Part shown: positions 35,852-45,421 of the stretch, in pieces
Position numbering within the stretch: position 1 is the first letter of the stretch
Layout: every line of letters starts with the position of its first letter
IMG/VR virus record: IMGVR_UViG_3300047274_000223
Strand: one strand, 5' to 3'
Length of the DNA: 64,000 nt
DNA from: a virus
Position numbers and translations under genes: made by a program
The notes under the pieces: generated by a model
Told to the model about the DNA's origin: nothing
Database searches by the model: none
The model's input: only the letters and a program-made list of their open reading frames with translations

Positions 35852-35971
35852 ATGAAATTCGGATTCACCCCTGAGGCAGAGATCCTCAACGCACGTCTGG
35901 CAATGCTTGGTTTCATTGCTGGTGTAGGTGCTTATCTCACCACTGGCCAGATTATTCCTGGCATTCTCTGA
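35852..35971 (+). CDS. hli: high-light-inducible protein (39 aa)
   Basis: MKFGFTPEAEILNARLAMLGF..TGQIIPGIL; AAAGGAG RBS. Confidence 0.92.
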   Translation: MKFGFTPEAEILNARLAMLGFIAGVGAYLTTGQIIPGIL

Positions 35972-35984
35972 CAATTAATTGACA

Positions 35985-36071
35985 ATGGTAGAACTTACGT
36001 TTACAATCACTAGTGTTGCCTTCTTTGTTTTGTTGGCAATTTCAGTAGAAAAACTTTGCGAAACTTACTAA
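35985..36071 (+). CDS. 28-aa single-TM peptide
   Basis: [28 protein letters not shown]; its TAA shares a base with the petF ATG. Confidence 0.55.
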   Translation: MVELTFTITSVAFFVLLAISVEKLCETY

Positions 36072-36364
36072 TGACTACTTACAATGTTACTCTCCAGTCT
36101 CCTGACGGCACCGAAACTACTTTCGAATGTACAGAGGATCAATATATTCTCGAAGCAGCCGAGGAGGCAGGTATTGATCTCCCTTCGTCGTGTCGTGCGG
36201 GTGCTTGCTCGGCTTGTGCGGGAAAACTCCTCTCTGGTACAGTAGATAACGAGGAGCAATCGTTCCTTGATGATGATCAAATTGCTGATGGGTGGGTGCT
36301 CACTTGTGTTGCTTATCCTACCAGTGATGTTAAGATCTTGACTGAGCAAGAGGAAAATCTGTGA
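36071..36364 (+). CDS. petF: 2Fe-2S ferredoxin
   Basis: [21 protein letters not shown]. Confidence 0.95.
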   Translation: MTTYNVTLQSPDGTETTFECTEDQYILEAAEEAGIDLPSSCRAGACSACAGKLLSGTVDNEEQSFLDDDQIADGWVLTCVAYPTSDVKILTEQEENL

Positions 36365-36555
36365 GTGCTAATATGCTAGGGCAATTTAATCTTGCCCTTC
36401 AAGAACTGGTTGATAGTGGTGCCTGGGATCGAGATGTAGAACTAGAAGTCAAGATTGCTGGCACTCTCAAGAATGACAAATTCATTGTCATCAAACCAAT
36501 TAAAGAAAGACTAATTTGTAATCCTAATCCTGAACTGAAACAAAAACATGGTTGA
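36361..36555 (+). CDS. conserved hypothetical protein
   Basis: GTG start; [17 protein letters not shown]. Confidence 0.65.
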   Translation: MSANMLGQFNLALQELVDSGAWDRDVELEVKIAGTLKNDKFIVIKPIKERLICNPNPELKQKHG

Positions 36556-37066
36556 AACAATTCCTGAAGTAACTCTTATCTTTCGAGAAGATGGAGAATT
36601 TATTTACACAAAGTCCACAGAATTATTTGCTGGTAAGCGAGTTGTTCTATTTGGTCTTCCTGGTGCTTTTACTCCCACATGTTCTGCATTTCAACTTCCT
36701 GGATATGATGCAGAATTTGAAAAATTTAAAACATATGGTGTAGAAGAAATCTATTGTGTAAGTGTTAATGATGCATTTGTGATGAATGCATGGGCCAAAG
36801 ATCAAAATATCAAGAATGTAAAACTGATTCCTGATGGTAATGGAGATTTTACTGATGGTATGGGTATGCTAGTACAGAAAGAAAATCTTGGATTTGGATT
36901 CCGATCCTGGAGGTATTCTGCTCTAGTGGATGATGGTAAGATCACTAAGATCTTCATTGAAGATGGTCAAGAAGATAATGCCCCATCTGATCCCTATGCC
37001 ATCTCAGATCCGTATACGATGCTGAGTCATCTGGCACACACCACAGGGATTCCGATCCCAGCCTGA
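36548..37066 (+). CDS. type II (Prx5-like) peroxiredoxin
   Basis: PGAFTPTCS, SVNDAFVMNAW, DGNG, RSWRY. Confidence 0.9.
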   Translation: MVETIPEVTLIFREDGEFIYTKSTELFAGKRVVLFGLPGAFTPTCSAFQLPGYDAEFEKFKTYGVEEIYCVSVNDAFVMNAWAKDQNIKNVKLIPDGNGDFTDGMGMLVQKENLGFGFRSWRYSALVDDGKITKIFIEDGQEDNAPSDPYAISDPYTMLSHLAHTTGIPIPA

Positions 37067-37070
37067 TCTC

Positions 37071-37096
37071 AAGGAGTCTTACGAGACTCCTTTTTT
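37071..37096 (+). terminator. intrinsic terminator
   Basis: AAGGAGTCT-tacg-AGACTCCTT-TTTT. Confidence 0.8.
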
Positions 37097-37110
37097 ATTC
37101 TCAAAACCCC

Positions 37111-37144
37111 TTGACAGGCCAGGGCATTCGTAGTACTATAAATA
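37111..37144 (+). promoter_or_regulatory. psbA promoter: sigma70 plus overlapping late promoter
   Basis: TTGACA-N17-TACTAT overlapped by TATAAATA. Confidence 0.8.
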
Positions 37145-37182
37145 AGTGTTAAGGGATGGAAACAAATCTTAACATTCCAACA

Positions 37183-37290
37183 CCCGCTAACCGAGACCTA
37201 TGGGTGTCTAAATTACGTCTCTCATATCCCCGCTGAGGGTGCGGGGAGCATAGTAATAACCACCATTTCCCTGATGGTCTTACTACTCGA
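37183..37290 (+). ncRNA. PhotoRC-II-like RNA motif in psbA leader
   Basis: CCGAGACC..ACGTCTCTCAT..CCCGCtgagggtGCGGG..CCATTTCCCTGATGG upstream of psbA. Confidence 0.7.
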
Positions 37291-37298
37291 AAATCACA

Positions 37299-38378
37299 AT
37301 GACTGCTTCAATTGCTCAACAACGCTCTACTAACTCCTGGGAACAATTCTGCCAGTGGGTTACTTCAACGAACAACCGCCTTTATGTAGGTTGGTTTGGT
37401 GTGCTGATGATCCCTTGCTTGCTCGCTGCAGCAACGTGTTTCATCATCGCATTCATCGGTGCTCCTCCTGTGGACATCGACGGCATCCGTGAACCTGTAT
37501 CTGGTTCACTCATGTACGGAAACAACATCATCTCTGGTGCTGTAGTTCCTTCAAGCAACGCTATTGGTCTTCACTTTTATCCCATCTGGGAAGCTGCTTC
37601 TCTCGATGAGTGGCTATATAATGGTGGACCATTTCAACTGGTTGTCTTCCACTTTCTGATTGGTATCTATGCCTACATGGGTCGTGAATGGGAACTTTCT
37701 TACCGTCTCGGTATGCGTCCTTGGATCATGGTTGCTTACTCTGCTCCTGTTGCCGCTGCTTCTGCAGTGTTCCTTGTCTATCCTTTCGGTCAAGGTTCCT
37801 TCTCTGATGCAATGCCTCTCGGAATCTCGGGCACGTTCAACTACATGCTCGTCTTCCAAGCAGAACACAATATCCTTATGCATCCTTTCCATATGCTCGG
37901 TGTGGCTGGGGTATTTGGTGGCAGCCTCTTTAGTGCTATGCACGGAAGTCTGGTTACGTCTTCTCTCGTTCGTGAAACGACTGAAGTAGAGTCCCAGAAT
38001 TATGGTTACAAGTTTGGTCAAGAAGAAGAGACCTACAACATTGTTGCTGCACACGGTTACTTTGGTCGTCTTATCTTCCAATATGCTTCGTTCAACAACT
38101 CTCGTTCGCTACACTTTTTCCTTGCTGCTTGGCCTGTTGTCGGTATCTGGTTTGCTGCCCTGGGCGTTTCAACAATGGCGTTCAACCTCAACGGTTTCAA
38201 CTTCAACCAGTCGCTGCTTGACAACAACGGTCGTGTCATCAATACTTGGGCAGACATCCTCAACCGTGCTAACCTCGGTTTTGAAGTGATGCATGAACGT
38301 AACGCCCACAATTTTCCTCTGGACCTGGCTGCTGTTGAAGCAACTCCTGTTGCTCTCACTGCTCCTTCCATTGGTTGA
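37299..38378 (+). CDS. psbA: photosystem II D1 protein
   Basis: [39 protein letters not shown]; Q130; uninterrupted. Confidence 0.99.
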   Translation: MTASIAQQRSTNSWEQFCQWVTSTNNRLYVGWFGVLMIPCLLAAATCFIIAFIGAPPVDIDGIREPVSGSLMYGNNIISGAVVPSSNAIGLHFYPIWEAASLDEWLYNGGPFQLVVFHFLIGIYAYMGREWELSYRLGMRPWIMVAYSAPVAAASAVFLVYPFGQGSFSDAMPLGISGTFNYMLVFQAEHNILMHPFHMLGVAGVFGGSLFSAMHGSLVTSSLVRETTEVESQNYGYKFGQEEETYNIVAAHGYFGRLIFQYASFNNSRSLHFFLAAWPVVGIWFAALGVSTMAFNLNGFNFNQSLLDNNGRVINTWADILNRANLGFEVMHERNAHNFPLDLAAVEATPVALTAPSIG

Positions 38379-38398
38379 TACAAACTCAATAATCTCTG

Positions 38399-38423
38399 AG
38401 AGACCCGAAAGGGTCTCTTTTTT
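38399..38423 (+). terminator. intrinsic terminator
   Basis: AGAGACCC-gaaa-GGGTCTCT-TTTTT. Confidence 0.85.
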
Positions 38424-38456
38424 ATGGCTAAATAAATTGTAAGGTACTTATATACG

Positions 38457-41400
38457 ATGACCATTTACTTTCCCAATGGAAATTACGGACCTATCTGTGA
38501 CATAATTCCCGAGGTAACTCCAGAACCAATTGTCACTGTAATTGAGATTGAGGATCCAACTGAACGTGCAGCTCCAGATGATAAAGTACCAACTGTTTTA
38601 AAGAAGGCAGCAAAGTGTAGAACAGTTCGTACCATTCAAAGATATTCTCCAAATGGTCCATACGGTCCAATTTGTGATATTGAATCTGGTGGTGATGGGG
38701 ATGGAGGTACTGGAAGTTACTATGATTGTCCAGATGAACCAACTGATGTACCAACGAGAACTATTTACAAACCAGAACCAGAACTGTTAGATGCGATTGG
38801 GGATCCTGGTAATAATGGTGGACTTGTTTGCATTGAACTGGATGATGGATCTGAATTCTGTTATGATCCAAACATCCACAATGGTTGTGTAGGAACAGAT
38901 TTCAATGATATTATTGATGATCTTAAAGTTCTTTCTGATAGATGTGCTGGTTTTAGGAGCATTGCAGATACTACAGTTATACCAAATCAATTTATTGCGC
39001 CAACATTAATTTGTGGTTCTATTCAACGCTATAGTTCCCATGGAATCTATGAGCACACCACACCAACTGGAATTACTTACATGAATGTTATTCTCATTGG
39101 AGCAGGTGGTGGAGCAGGTGGTGGAGACGGGCAAAGGAATAAAACAAATGGAAATGTAACTGCTTCTGGTAGAGGAAATAATTCTGGAGGATGTGGTTCA
39201 ATTGTCAGACTAACACTTACACTTAATCCGAATAAGGCTAATAAGATTACTGCTATTGTTGGTGAAGGTGGTAAGGGAGGAATTCATTTCTCTAATACTA
39301 GAAAGAGATTAAGAAATTCATTTAATGGTGGGGCTCCAGGTGGAATACCAGGACCAGATGGTAAGTCTGGAGGAGGTGGTGGAGGTGGAGGAGCATCTTC
39401 TCTTTATGTTAATGGTCAATTAGTTGCTCACGTTGCTGGTGGCGGCGGAGGAGGAGGATCAGGATGTAATGCATTTGTTGATGATCCATCAAAATATATT
39501 AAAAATATTTTATGTTTCGCTACTGGCGGTAAAGGAGGATTTGATAATGTTCCAATAGGAGTACCTGGTCGAGTACATGTTGGTGTTGGCCGCCGAGGTG
39601 GTATTGGTGCTGATGATGATCCAATTACAGGTAAGTATGGTGGCGGAGCAGGTGGTCGTTTTACGAATGGTGATCGTAGGAATGCTGCTACTCAATCTGG
39701 GAAGGGTGGCGGAGGAGGACATGGAGTTGATCTGGATGGCAACAGACTGACCAATGGAGCGACTACTAGCACTGCCAACGGAGGCGCAGGGGGGGATTTT
39801 GGTGGTGGCGGCGGCGGTAATGCTCCTGGAGGTTCTGGCGGTGCTGGTGGCAAGGGTGCTGTACGTATCAAGTATGGATCTACAACCCTAACCTATACAA
39901 CACCAGGAACTTATACTCATACTGTACCTGGAGGTGTTACTAAACTAGATGAGATTGTGTGCATCAGTGGCGGCGGTTCTGGTCATAAAGATGTAAATGG
40001 TGATGATGAAGGGGGCGGCGGAGGAGGAGGGGCATATGCATATGACAATAATGTTCCTGTAACTCCTGGAGCAACTTTAACCGTTAAGGTAGGTGCTGGC
40101 GGAGCCACGAGAACTACCCAGGGATCTAATAATGGAGATCATAGTTATGTAATTAGTAGTAATGATGCTGATGGTTATGATCCTGCACCTTGGGGTAATT
40201 GGCAAAATCATAGAATAGAAGGGACTCCAACAAACCCAGTCACATATGAAGACAATACTGATAATGTTCATTATGGTCTTTTAGTGCAGGAGTTTCCTAA
40301 GTTCACTAATCCACCATTACTTCCTGTTCAAGATGGTCATGAACTCTGGAGTTACTACATGAGAAGAAACGCTGCATGGGTAAACGATGGGGAACCAAAT
40401 TACAATGGTTCTATACGAGATATTCGATTGAATCTGCAGTTTACTAGTTCTGGTACTCATTCCATGGATATTATGGTTGATGATATTGTTGCGGTTTATA
40501 TTGCACCTTGGTATGAGATTGAAGAAACTGCATATATTGATGGTGGTAGACTTTATAATGGAGAACCGACAGCAGTTAATGGTATTAATATTGAAGAATT
40601 GAGTTCATGGCCTTCTACAATAGATGCTGATATTTCTGGTGCTGCTAATTGGACACGAATTGCAGTGCAAGATTTCAATGCTAATAATAATACTCCAGCA
40701 ACTAAGACTTTTAGTATTTCTTCTCCTGGTAGATATGTCCTTAGATTTTTACTTTATAATGACTATGCTGGAGGTGGTGAATGGAAATCTAATCCAGCAG
40801 GTCTTGCTCTATCAATCTTCAGACCAGATGGTAAAAAAATTTGGGATACTAGAGGGTTTAATGGTAATTGGGGATCCCCTTTATTGGAATACGATGGAGG
40901 CGGAGGCGGTGGAGGAGGTGGACTTCGCGGCCGCGGCGGGGTAAATTCTTTTGATTTGGGATACTCCATGGGTTCTTGTGAGTTTGGAGACTCAACTGCC
41001 TGCGGCGGCTCTGCGGGAAAGACATATATTCTTCAGAGTCCTGGTGTAGAGATTACATATTTCAATCAAGCACCAGGAGGGCACATTAATGGATATCAGA
41101 GACCTGGAACTGGTGATGCTTCTTATCGTCATGGTACAGGTGGTTATGGTGGATCTAGACCAACTAATTTCAGTATAATTTTTAATGGAAATGAATACCC
41201 CCTTTACAATTCATCTGGTTCGTATTATGATGTATTGATACCTGGAATGGGTAATGGTGTTTGGACAGACTTTGCTAGCGGTAAAGAATTTCCATACCAT
41301 TATTTCTGGGGTGAGTCTGGGTCCAACCCAACCAATGCTGCTGCACTTCAAAGATTATCCAGAGGTACTTACGAGGGTGCTGTTAATAACAACATCAATA

Positions 41401-41903
41401 GAACTGGTTTTTATAAACCAAAATCTTTAGAACTTGCTTTGTGGTGGAATCCAGTTAAGGCTGGAAATAGTTGGAATACATATGTTAGACTGCGTGGAAT
41501 TCCTAAATGGGGATTAGGTGCAGGATGGGCAGTGAATGATACTGTAATAGGAAGATTTCCTCCATCAAAAGATGATGGAACTCAACCATGGTTGGATACC
41601 ACAGTTAGTGATAGTTGGTGGCAGAATGGAGTCCGAACTCAGTTTTGGATGGGTGAAAATATGACTATTCCTGGAACTTCGTTTAGTTTCCAAATTAAAG
41701 TAACTGAAGTTACCGATAATATTCTTGGAACCAAAGGAGATGCAGGTCATATTAGATATCAATATGGATATTCTTTAGCAGCAGCAACTCCAGGCCAGGT
41801 TCCTGGTGATCTCACTACAGGAACAACTTCAATTCCAAATACTTATCCATCTCCAAACCAAGATGCAGATGATCCTACAAGCGACGATAACACAGGAACT
41901 TAA
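38457..41903 (+). CDS. glycine-rich tail-fibre-like structural protein
   Basis: Multiple GAGGGxGG glycine-rich modules; late promoter CTAAATA at 38428. Confidence 0.6.
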   Translation: MTIYFPNGNYGPICDIIPEVTPEPIVTVIEIEDPTERAAPDDKVPTVLKKAAKCRTVRTIQRYSPNGPYGPICDIESGGDGDGGTGSYYDCPDEPTDVPTRTIYKPEPELLDAIGDPGNNGGLVCIELDDGSEFCYDPNIHNGCVGTDFNDIIDDLKVLSDRCAGFRSIADTTVIPNQFIAPTLICGSIQRYSSHGIYEHTTPTGITYMNVILIGAGGGAGGGDGQRNKTNGNVTASGRGNNSGGCGSIVRLTLTLNPNKANKITAIVGEGGKGGIHFSNTRKRLRNSFNGGAPGGIPGPDGKSGGGGGGGGASSLYVNGQLVAHVAGGGGGGGSGCNAFVDDPSKYIKNILCFATGGKGGFDNVPIGVPGRVHVGVGRRGGIGADDDPITGKYGGGAGGRFTNGDRRNAATQSGKGGGGGHGVDLDGNRLTNGATTSTANGGAGGDFGGGGGGNAPGGSGGAGGKGAVRIKYGSTTLTYTTPGTYTHTVPGGVTKLDEIVCISGGGSGHKDVNGDDEGGGGGGGAYAYDNNVPVTPGATLTVKVGAGGATRTTQGSNNGDHSYVISSNDADGYDPAPWGNWQNHRIEGTPTNPVTYEDNTDNVHYGLLVQEFPKFTNPPLLPVQDGHELWSYYMRRNAAWVNDGEPNYNGSIRDIRLNLQFTSSGTHSMDIMVDDIVAVYIAPWYEIEETAYIDGGRLYNGEPTAVNGINIEELSSWPSTIDADISGAANWTRIAVQDFNANNNTPATKTFSISSPGRYVLRFLLYNDYAGGGEWKSNPAGLALSIFRPDGKKIWDTRGFNGNWGSPLLEYDGGGGGGGGGLRGRGGVNSFDLGYSMGSCEFGDSTACGGSAGKTYILQSPGVEITYFNQAPGGHINGYQRPGTGDASYRHGTGGYGGSRPTNFSIIFNGNEYPLYNSSGSYYDVLIPGMGNGVWTDFASGKEFPYHYFWGESGSNPTNAAALQRLSRGTYEGAVNNNINRTGFYKPKSLELALWWNPVKAGNSWNTYVRLRGIPKWGLGAGWAVNDTVIGRFPPSKDDGTQPWLDTTVSDSWWQNGVRTQFWMGENMTIPGTSFSFQIKVTEVTDNILGTKGDAGHIRYQYGYSLAAATPGQVPGDLTTGTTSIPNTYPSPNQDADDPTSDDNTGT

Positions 41904-41905
41904 AT

Positions 41906-42268
41906 ATGGAACTACCTGATTTTAAATACGAAGATCTCCCAGAGGACATGAAAGAGAAACTGGGGCCTGGTGAATTTGTGATTGAACCACTAACACCACA
42001 AGATAATTATGAACCAAAAGAATATGATGCTGGTCGAGATGCATATACGAATAGGAAGATTATTAGAACCTTAGACGAATATGCTTCTCTGCAAAAAATT
42101 TATGCAGATAAGAAGACCAACAAAAAACAGAAGTGGAAAAAAGTGAAGGCAGTTTCAAGATACTATAAGTCTGCCTTATATGCGATCAAGGACCTTGACA
42201 GGGATCCCACAACGTACTATAATAATGATTCCCCTGAAGGGGAAATCTTAAATGATTCTGAGGAATAA
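41906..42268 (+). CDS. hypothetical protein
   Basis: 120-codon ORF. Confidence 0.6.
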   Translation: MELPDFKYEDLPEDMKEKLGPGEFVIEPLTPQDNYEPKEYDAGRDAYTNRKIIRTLDEYASLQKIYADKKTNKKQKWKKVKAVSRYYKSALYAIKDLDRDPTTYYNNDSPEGEILNDSEE

Positions 42269-42274
42269 ATTTCT

Positions 42275-42646
42275 ATGAAACAACTGATTGCTCTTGCTGC
42301 TCTCCCCCTGATGGCAGCACCTGCTATGGCTGCTCCTTACGTGGAGTCGAAGACTACTGCTGCTGGTGTTATTACCGAAGGTGGTGAGTTCTCTGGTGCT
42401 CAAACCGAACTTCGTGTTGGTTATCAACAAGAAGTTGGAACTGGTGTAACCGTGTTCGGTGAAATCGGTCCTGGTTATGAGTGGAACAACGGTGGCACCA
42501 ATGAGGGTGTTGCTGTTGGTGAAGTTGGTGTTAACTTCCCTATCGCTGAAAACCTGACTGGCAAATTCAAAGTTGCTGGTGAGTATGGTTTTGATAGCGA
42601 AGTGTTCGCTCTTGGTGGTGAACTGAAAGTTCGTTACTCGTTCTGA
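42275..42646 (+). CDS. predicted small outer-membrane beta-barrel protein
   Basis: Signal peptide (..APAMA), amphipathic strands, C-terminal VRYSF beta-signal. Confidence 0.7.
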   Translation: MKQLIALAALPLMAAPAMAAPYVESKTTAAGVITEGGEFSGAQTELRVGYQQEVGTGVTVFGEIGPGYEWNNGGTNEGVAVGEVGVNFPIAENLTGKFKVAGEYGFDSEVFALGGELKVRYSF

Positions 42647-42675
42647 TATATAATGTGGGGGGTAACCCCCTTTAT

Positions 42676-42763
42676 GGAAAGGTGGTCGAGTGGTTGAAGG
42701 CTCTAGTCTTGAAAACTAGCGATGTGAAAGCATCCGTGGGTTCGAATCCCACCCTTTCCGCCA
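42676..42763 (+). tRNA. tRNA-Ser(TGA), CCA encoded
   Basis: CTAGT-CTTGAAA-ACTAG; long variable arm. Confidence 0.93.
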
Positions 42764-42837
42764 CGGGATGTAGCTCAGTTTGGTAGAGCACTCGCTTTGG
42801 GAGCGAGGGGCCGTAGGTTCGAATCCTATCATCCCGA
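42764..42837 (+). tRNA. tRNA-Pro(TGG)
   Basis: CTCGC-TTTGGGA-GCGAG. Confidence 0.93.
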
Positions 42838-42853
42838 TTATGAATTGGAGAAC

Positions 42854-43018
42854 ATGGAAGAAGAAGATCTGTTAAAGCCAACAAAAGACTTGATGAGGGA
42901 AACTTTAATGGGTATTTTTGATATTATCGATAAAACGGTTGATGATCCTGAATTAAAACGACAAGCACTTGAAGATATGAAGAGACAACTTGAGGGAAAT
43001 TTAGGAGATTTTATGTGA
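42854..43018 (+). CDS. 54-aa hypothetical protein
   Basis: GGAG RBS; MEEEDLLKPTKD... Confidence 0.55.
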   Translation: MEEEDLLKPTKDLMRETLMGIFDIIDKTVDDPELKRQALEDMKRQLEGNLGDFM

Positions 43019-43527
43019 TGATTGATTATATTGATAATGTATTTGATCAGTTCTCTTACAATGCTATAGTTGAATATTGTTTAAGTTCACCATACTTCTT
43101 TGGGGAAACTGATAATCCAAGTACACCTCCGTGTGGAATGGTATCCGACTTCGATCCCCAGAGTGAAATCTGTGCAATGATGAACAATCATGTGTATAAT
43201 GTTGTTCCAAGTATTCGCAATTTGAATTTGTATGCATCATACATAAATCTTTTTACCCCATCAGAGAACCCAAGGTTCCATACCGATTGCGAAATCGGAA
43301 TAACTTGTTTATACTATGTTGGATTAATTGAAACTCGGGTCCAACAGTGGAGACAATTGGAATATCATCCAAATGAAGGAGGAGAAACTCAATTTCTTCA
43401 AGGAGAAAGTTCCATAAATATTCTGCCAATCGCAAATAGATTGGCCTTCTTCGATGCTAATATACTGCATCGAGCAACATCATTTAGAAATCACTACAGA
43501 TTTACAATCGCACTCAAGTATCGCTAG
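43015..43527 (+). CDS. 2OG-Fe(II) oxygenase
   Basis: RFHTD..LYYV..GGETQF..FFDANILHRA..RFTIALK. Confidence 0.82.
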   Translation: MMIDYIDNVFDQFSYNAIVEYCLSSPYFFGETDNPSTPPCGMVSDFDPQSEICAMMNNHVYNVVPSIRNLNLYASYINLFTPSENPRFHTDCEIGITCLYYVGLIETRVQQWRQLEYHPNEGGETQFLQGESSINILPIANRLAFFDANILHRATSFRNHYRFTIALKYR

Positions 43528-43536
43528 GAGATTAAA

Positions 43537-43773
43537 ATGAAATTAGCAGTTTACACAAAACCAGGTTGTCCATACTGTGATAAGATCAAGCAAGTATTTG
43601 ATATGAAAGGATGGTCTTATGCTGAGTATACATTAGACAAACACTTCAATAGAGAACAATTTTATAGTCAGTTTGGATATGGTGCTACATTCCCCAGAGT
43701 TCTTAAAGATGATCTTCAACTCGGTGGATGTACCGAGTCAATTCAATATTTTCGGTCACAAGGACTACTGTAA
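43537..43773 (+). CDS. nrdC: glutaredoxin
   Basis: CPYC, TFPRV, GGCTE. Confidence 0.9.
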   Translation: MKLAVYTKPGCPYCDKIKQVFDMKGWSYAEYTLDKHFNREQFYSQFGYGATFPRVLKDDLQLGGCTESIQYFRSQGLL

Positions 43774-43840
43774 TAAATACTTAAGTGTTCAAATATAGGA
43801 GGTTGGGCCCTTTATAATTGTTTGTATCTAAGGAGGACCC

Positions 43841-44080
43841 ATGGGAAGTTTAGAGTTTATTTACATTGCTTTTTTCCTAACAGTAGGAACGTTTATTGTC
43901 GCCTTTATGGCAGGTTGGTTTGCCAACAATTTATTTGATGCCTGGTACGACAAGGCTGGATATGCAAAACATATCCTACATCCAGAGATGTACGATGAAG
44001 ATGGTGAAATCTTACGAGATGAACTGACGTACTTGACACTCCTGGATGAAGATGATATGATCGATGAGGAAGATGAATAA
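43841..44080 (+). CDS. small membrane protein
   Basis: N-terminal TM; HPEMYDEDG. Confidence 0.7.
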   Translation: MGSLEFIYIAFFLTVGTFIVAFMAGWFANNLFDAWYDKAGYAKHILHPEMYDEDGEILRDELTYLTLLDEDDMIDEEDE

Positions 44081-44088
44081 AATCTACT

Positions 44089-44967
44089 ATGATCCTTATC
44101 GATATGAACCAAGTGATGATTTCCAATCTCATGGTTCAAACCAGAATCTCGGATGGAATCGATAAAGGACTAGTTCGCCACATGGTACTTAACTCACTTC
44201 GGATGTATGTCCAGAAGTTTTGTGGGGAGTACGGTCGTGAACTAGTCCTTTGTTATGACTCCAAACGCTATTGGCGACGAGAGTTTTTCCCTTACTACAA
44301 AGGGACCCGCAAGAAAGATCGAGAAAAGTCCAACTTTAATTGGAGCCAGATCTTTGAAGTTTTGAATGAAATTCGTGATGAAATCCGTGAGCACATGCCA
44401 TACACAGTTATGGAAGTAGATGGTGCTGAAGCAGATGACATCATCTCTGTCATGACAAAACAAATGGCAATGAAGAACATTCGTTTACAGAAAGATATGC
44501 AACCTGTTGAAAAGGTTCTGATTCTTTCTGGAGATAAAGATTTCATTCAGTTGCAGAAGTATCCTTGGTTGAAGCAGTACAATCCTGTAATGAAAAAGTT
44601 TGTTTCTGGTATGGATCCGAAGCAATATATCATTCAGCACGTACTCAAAGGGGATAAGTCTGATGGTATTCCTAACTACCTTTCTCCAGACGATACTTTT
44701 GTTGAGGGTAAACGGCAACGTCCTTTGATTAAGAAGACTCTTGATAAGATTATTAATCTGTCACCAGAGCAGTTCTGTAATGCAGAACAGATGGAATACT
44801 ACAAACGAAATTTGACCCTCATCGATTTCTCCTATATACCTGTAGAGGTCGAAGAAAAAATTATTGAATCATATGATTCCGTGACCCCTCCTCCTAGAAG
44901 TAAAATGTATACTTATTTCATGGAGAAGCAACTTATTAGTTTACTTGAAAAGATTGAGGAATTTTGA
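44089..44967 (+). CDS. rnh: T4-type RNase H / 5'-3' exonuclease
   Basis: ILIDMNQ, YKGTR, EADDII, SGDKDF, GDKSDGIPN. Confidence 0.93.
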   Translation: MILIDMNQVMISNLMVQTRISDGIDKGLVRHMVLNSLRMYVQKFCGEYGRELVLCYDSKRYWRREFFPYYKGTRKKDREKSNFNWSQIFEVLNEIRDEIREHMPYTVMEVDGAEADDIISVMTKQMAMKNIRLQKDMQPVEKVLILSGDKDFIQLQKYPWLKQYNPVMKKFVSGMDPKQYIIQHVLKGDKSDGIPNYLSPDDTFVEGKRQRPLIKKTLDKIINLSPEQFCNAEQMEYYKRNLTLIDFSYIPVEVEEKIIESYDSVTPPPRSKMYTYFMEKQLISLLEKIEEF

Positions 44968-44968
44968 A

Positions 44969-45421
44969 ATGTCCATGAATACCAGTAATCGACTACTTAT
45001 TTCTGAGGTGCTTCAGAAAGTATCGAATGCCAAAACCAAAACAGAGAAGATCAAGATTCTGCAAGAGAACAACACTCAAGCACTTCGTAGCCTTCTTATT
45101 TGGAATTATGATGACAGTGTAGTTTCTATGATCCCTGAGGGAGATGTACCTTTTACTCCTAATGATGCACCTGCAGGAACAGAGCATACTGTTTTAGAAA
45201 AGGAGTACGCTAAACTCTACTACTTTATTAAAGGTGGTAAAGATGATCTCAAGCAATTCAAACGCGAGGAGATGTTCATCCGAATGCTGGAAGGACTTCA
45301 TGTTTCTGAAGCACAACTTCTTGTTCTAGTGAAGGATGGTAAACTTCAGGACAAGTATCGAATAACCAAAGCAGTAGTACAAGAGGCATTTCCCCAAATT
45401 AAATGGGGAGGCCGTTCCTGA
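44969..45421 (+). CDS. conserved T4-like core hypothetical protein
   Basis: LLISEVLQKVS..LPEG-like IPEGDVPF..REEMFIRMLEGLH. Confidence 0.8.
   Translation: MSMNTSNRLLISEVLQKVSNAKTKTEKIKILQENNTQALRSLLIWNYDDSVVSMIPEGDVPFTPNDAPAGTEHTVLEKEYAKLYYFIKGGKDDLKQFKREEMFIRMLEGLHVSEAQLLVLVKDGKLQDKYRITKAVVQEAFPQIKWGGRS

Noticed and set aside
37299-38378. Group I intron or homing endonuclease in psbA (also checked gp43, nrdA, nrdB, thyX for introns/inteins)
   Set aside because: All are uninterrupted ORFs of normal length.
38057-38464. 135-aa antisense ORF at the psbA 3' end
   Set aside because: Crosses the terminator and mirrors psbA; no minus-strand promoter seen.
42672-42884. ORFs overlapping tRNA-Ser/Pro on either strand
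   Set aside because: Incidental reading of tRNA genes.
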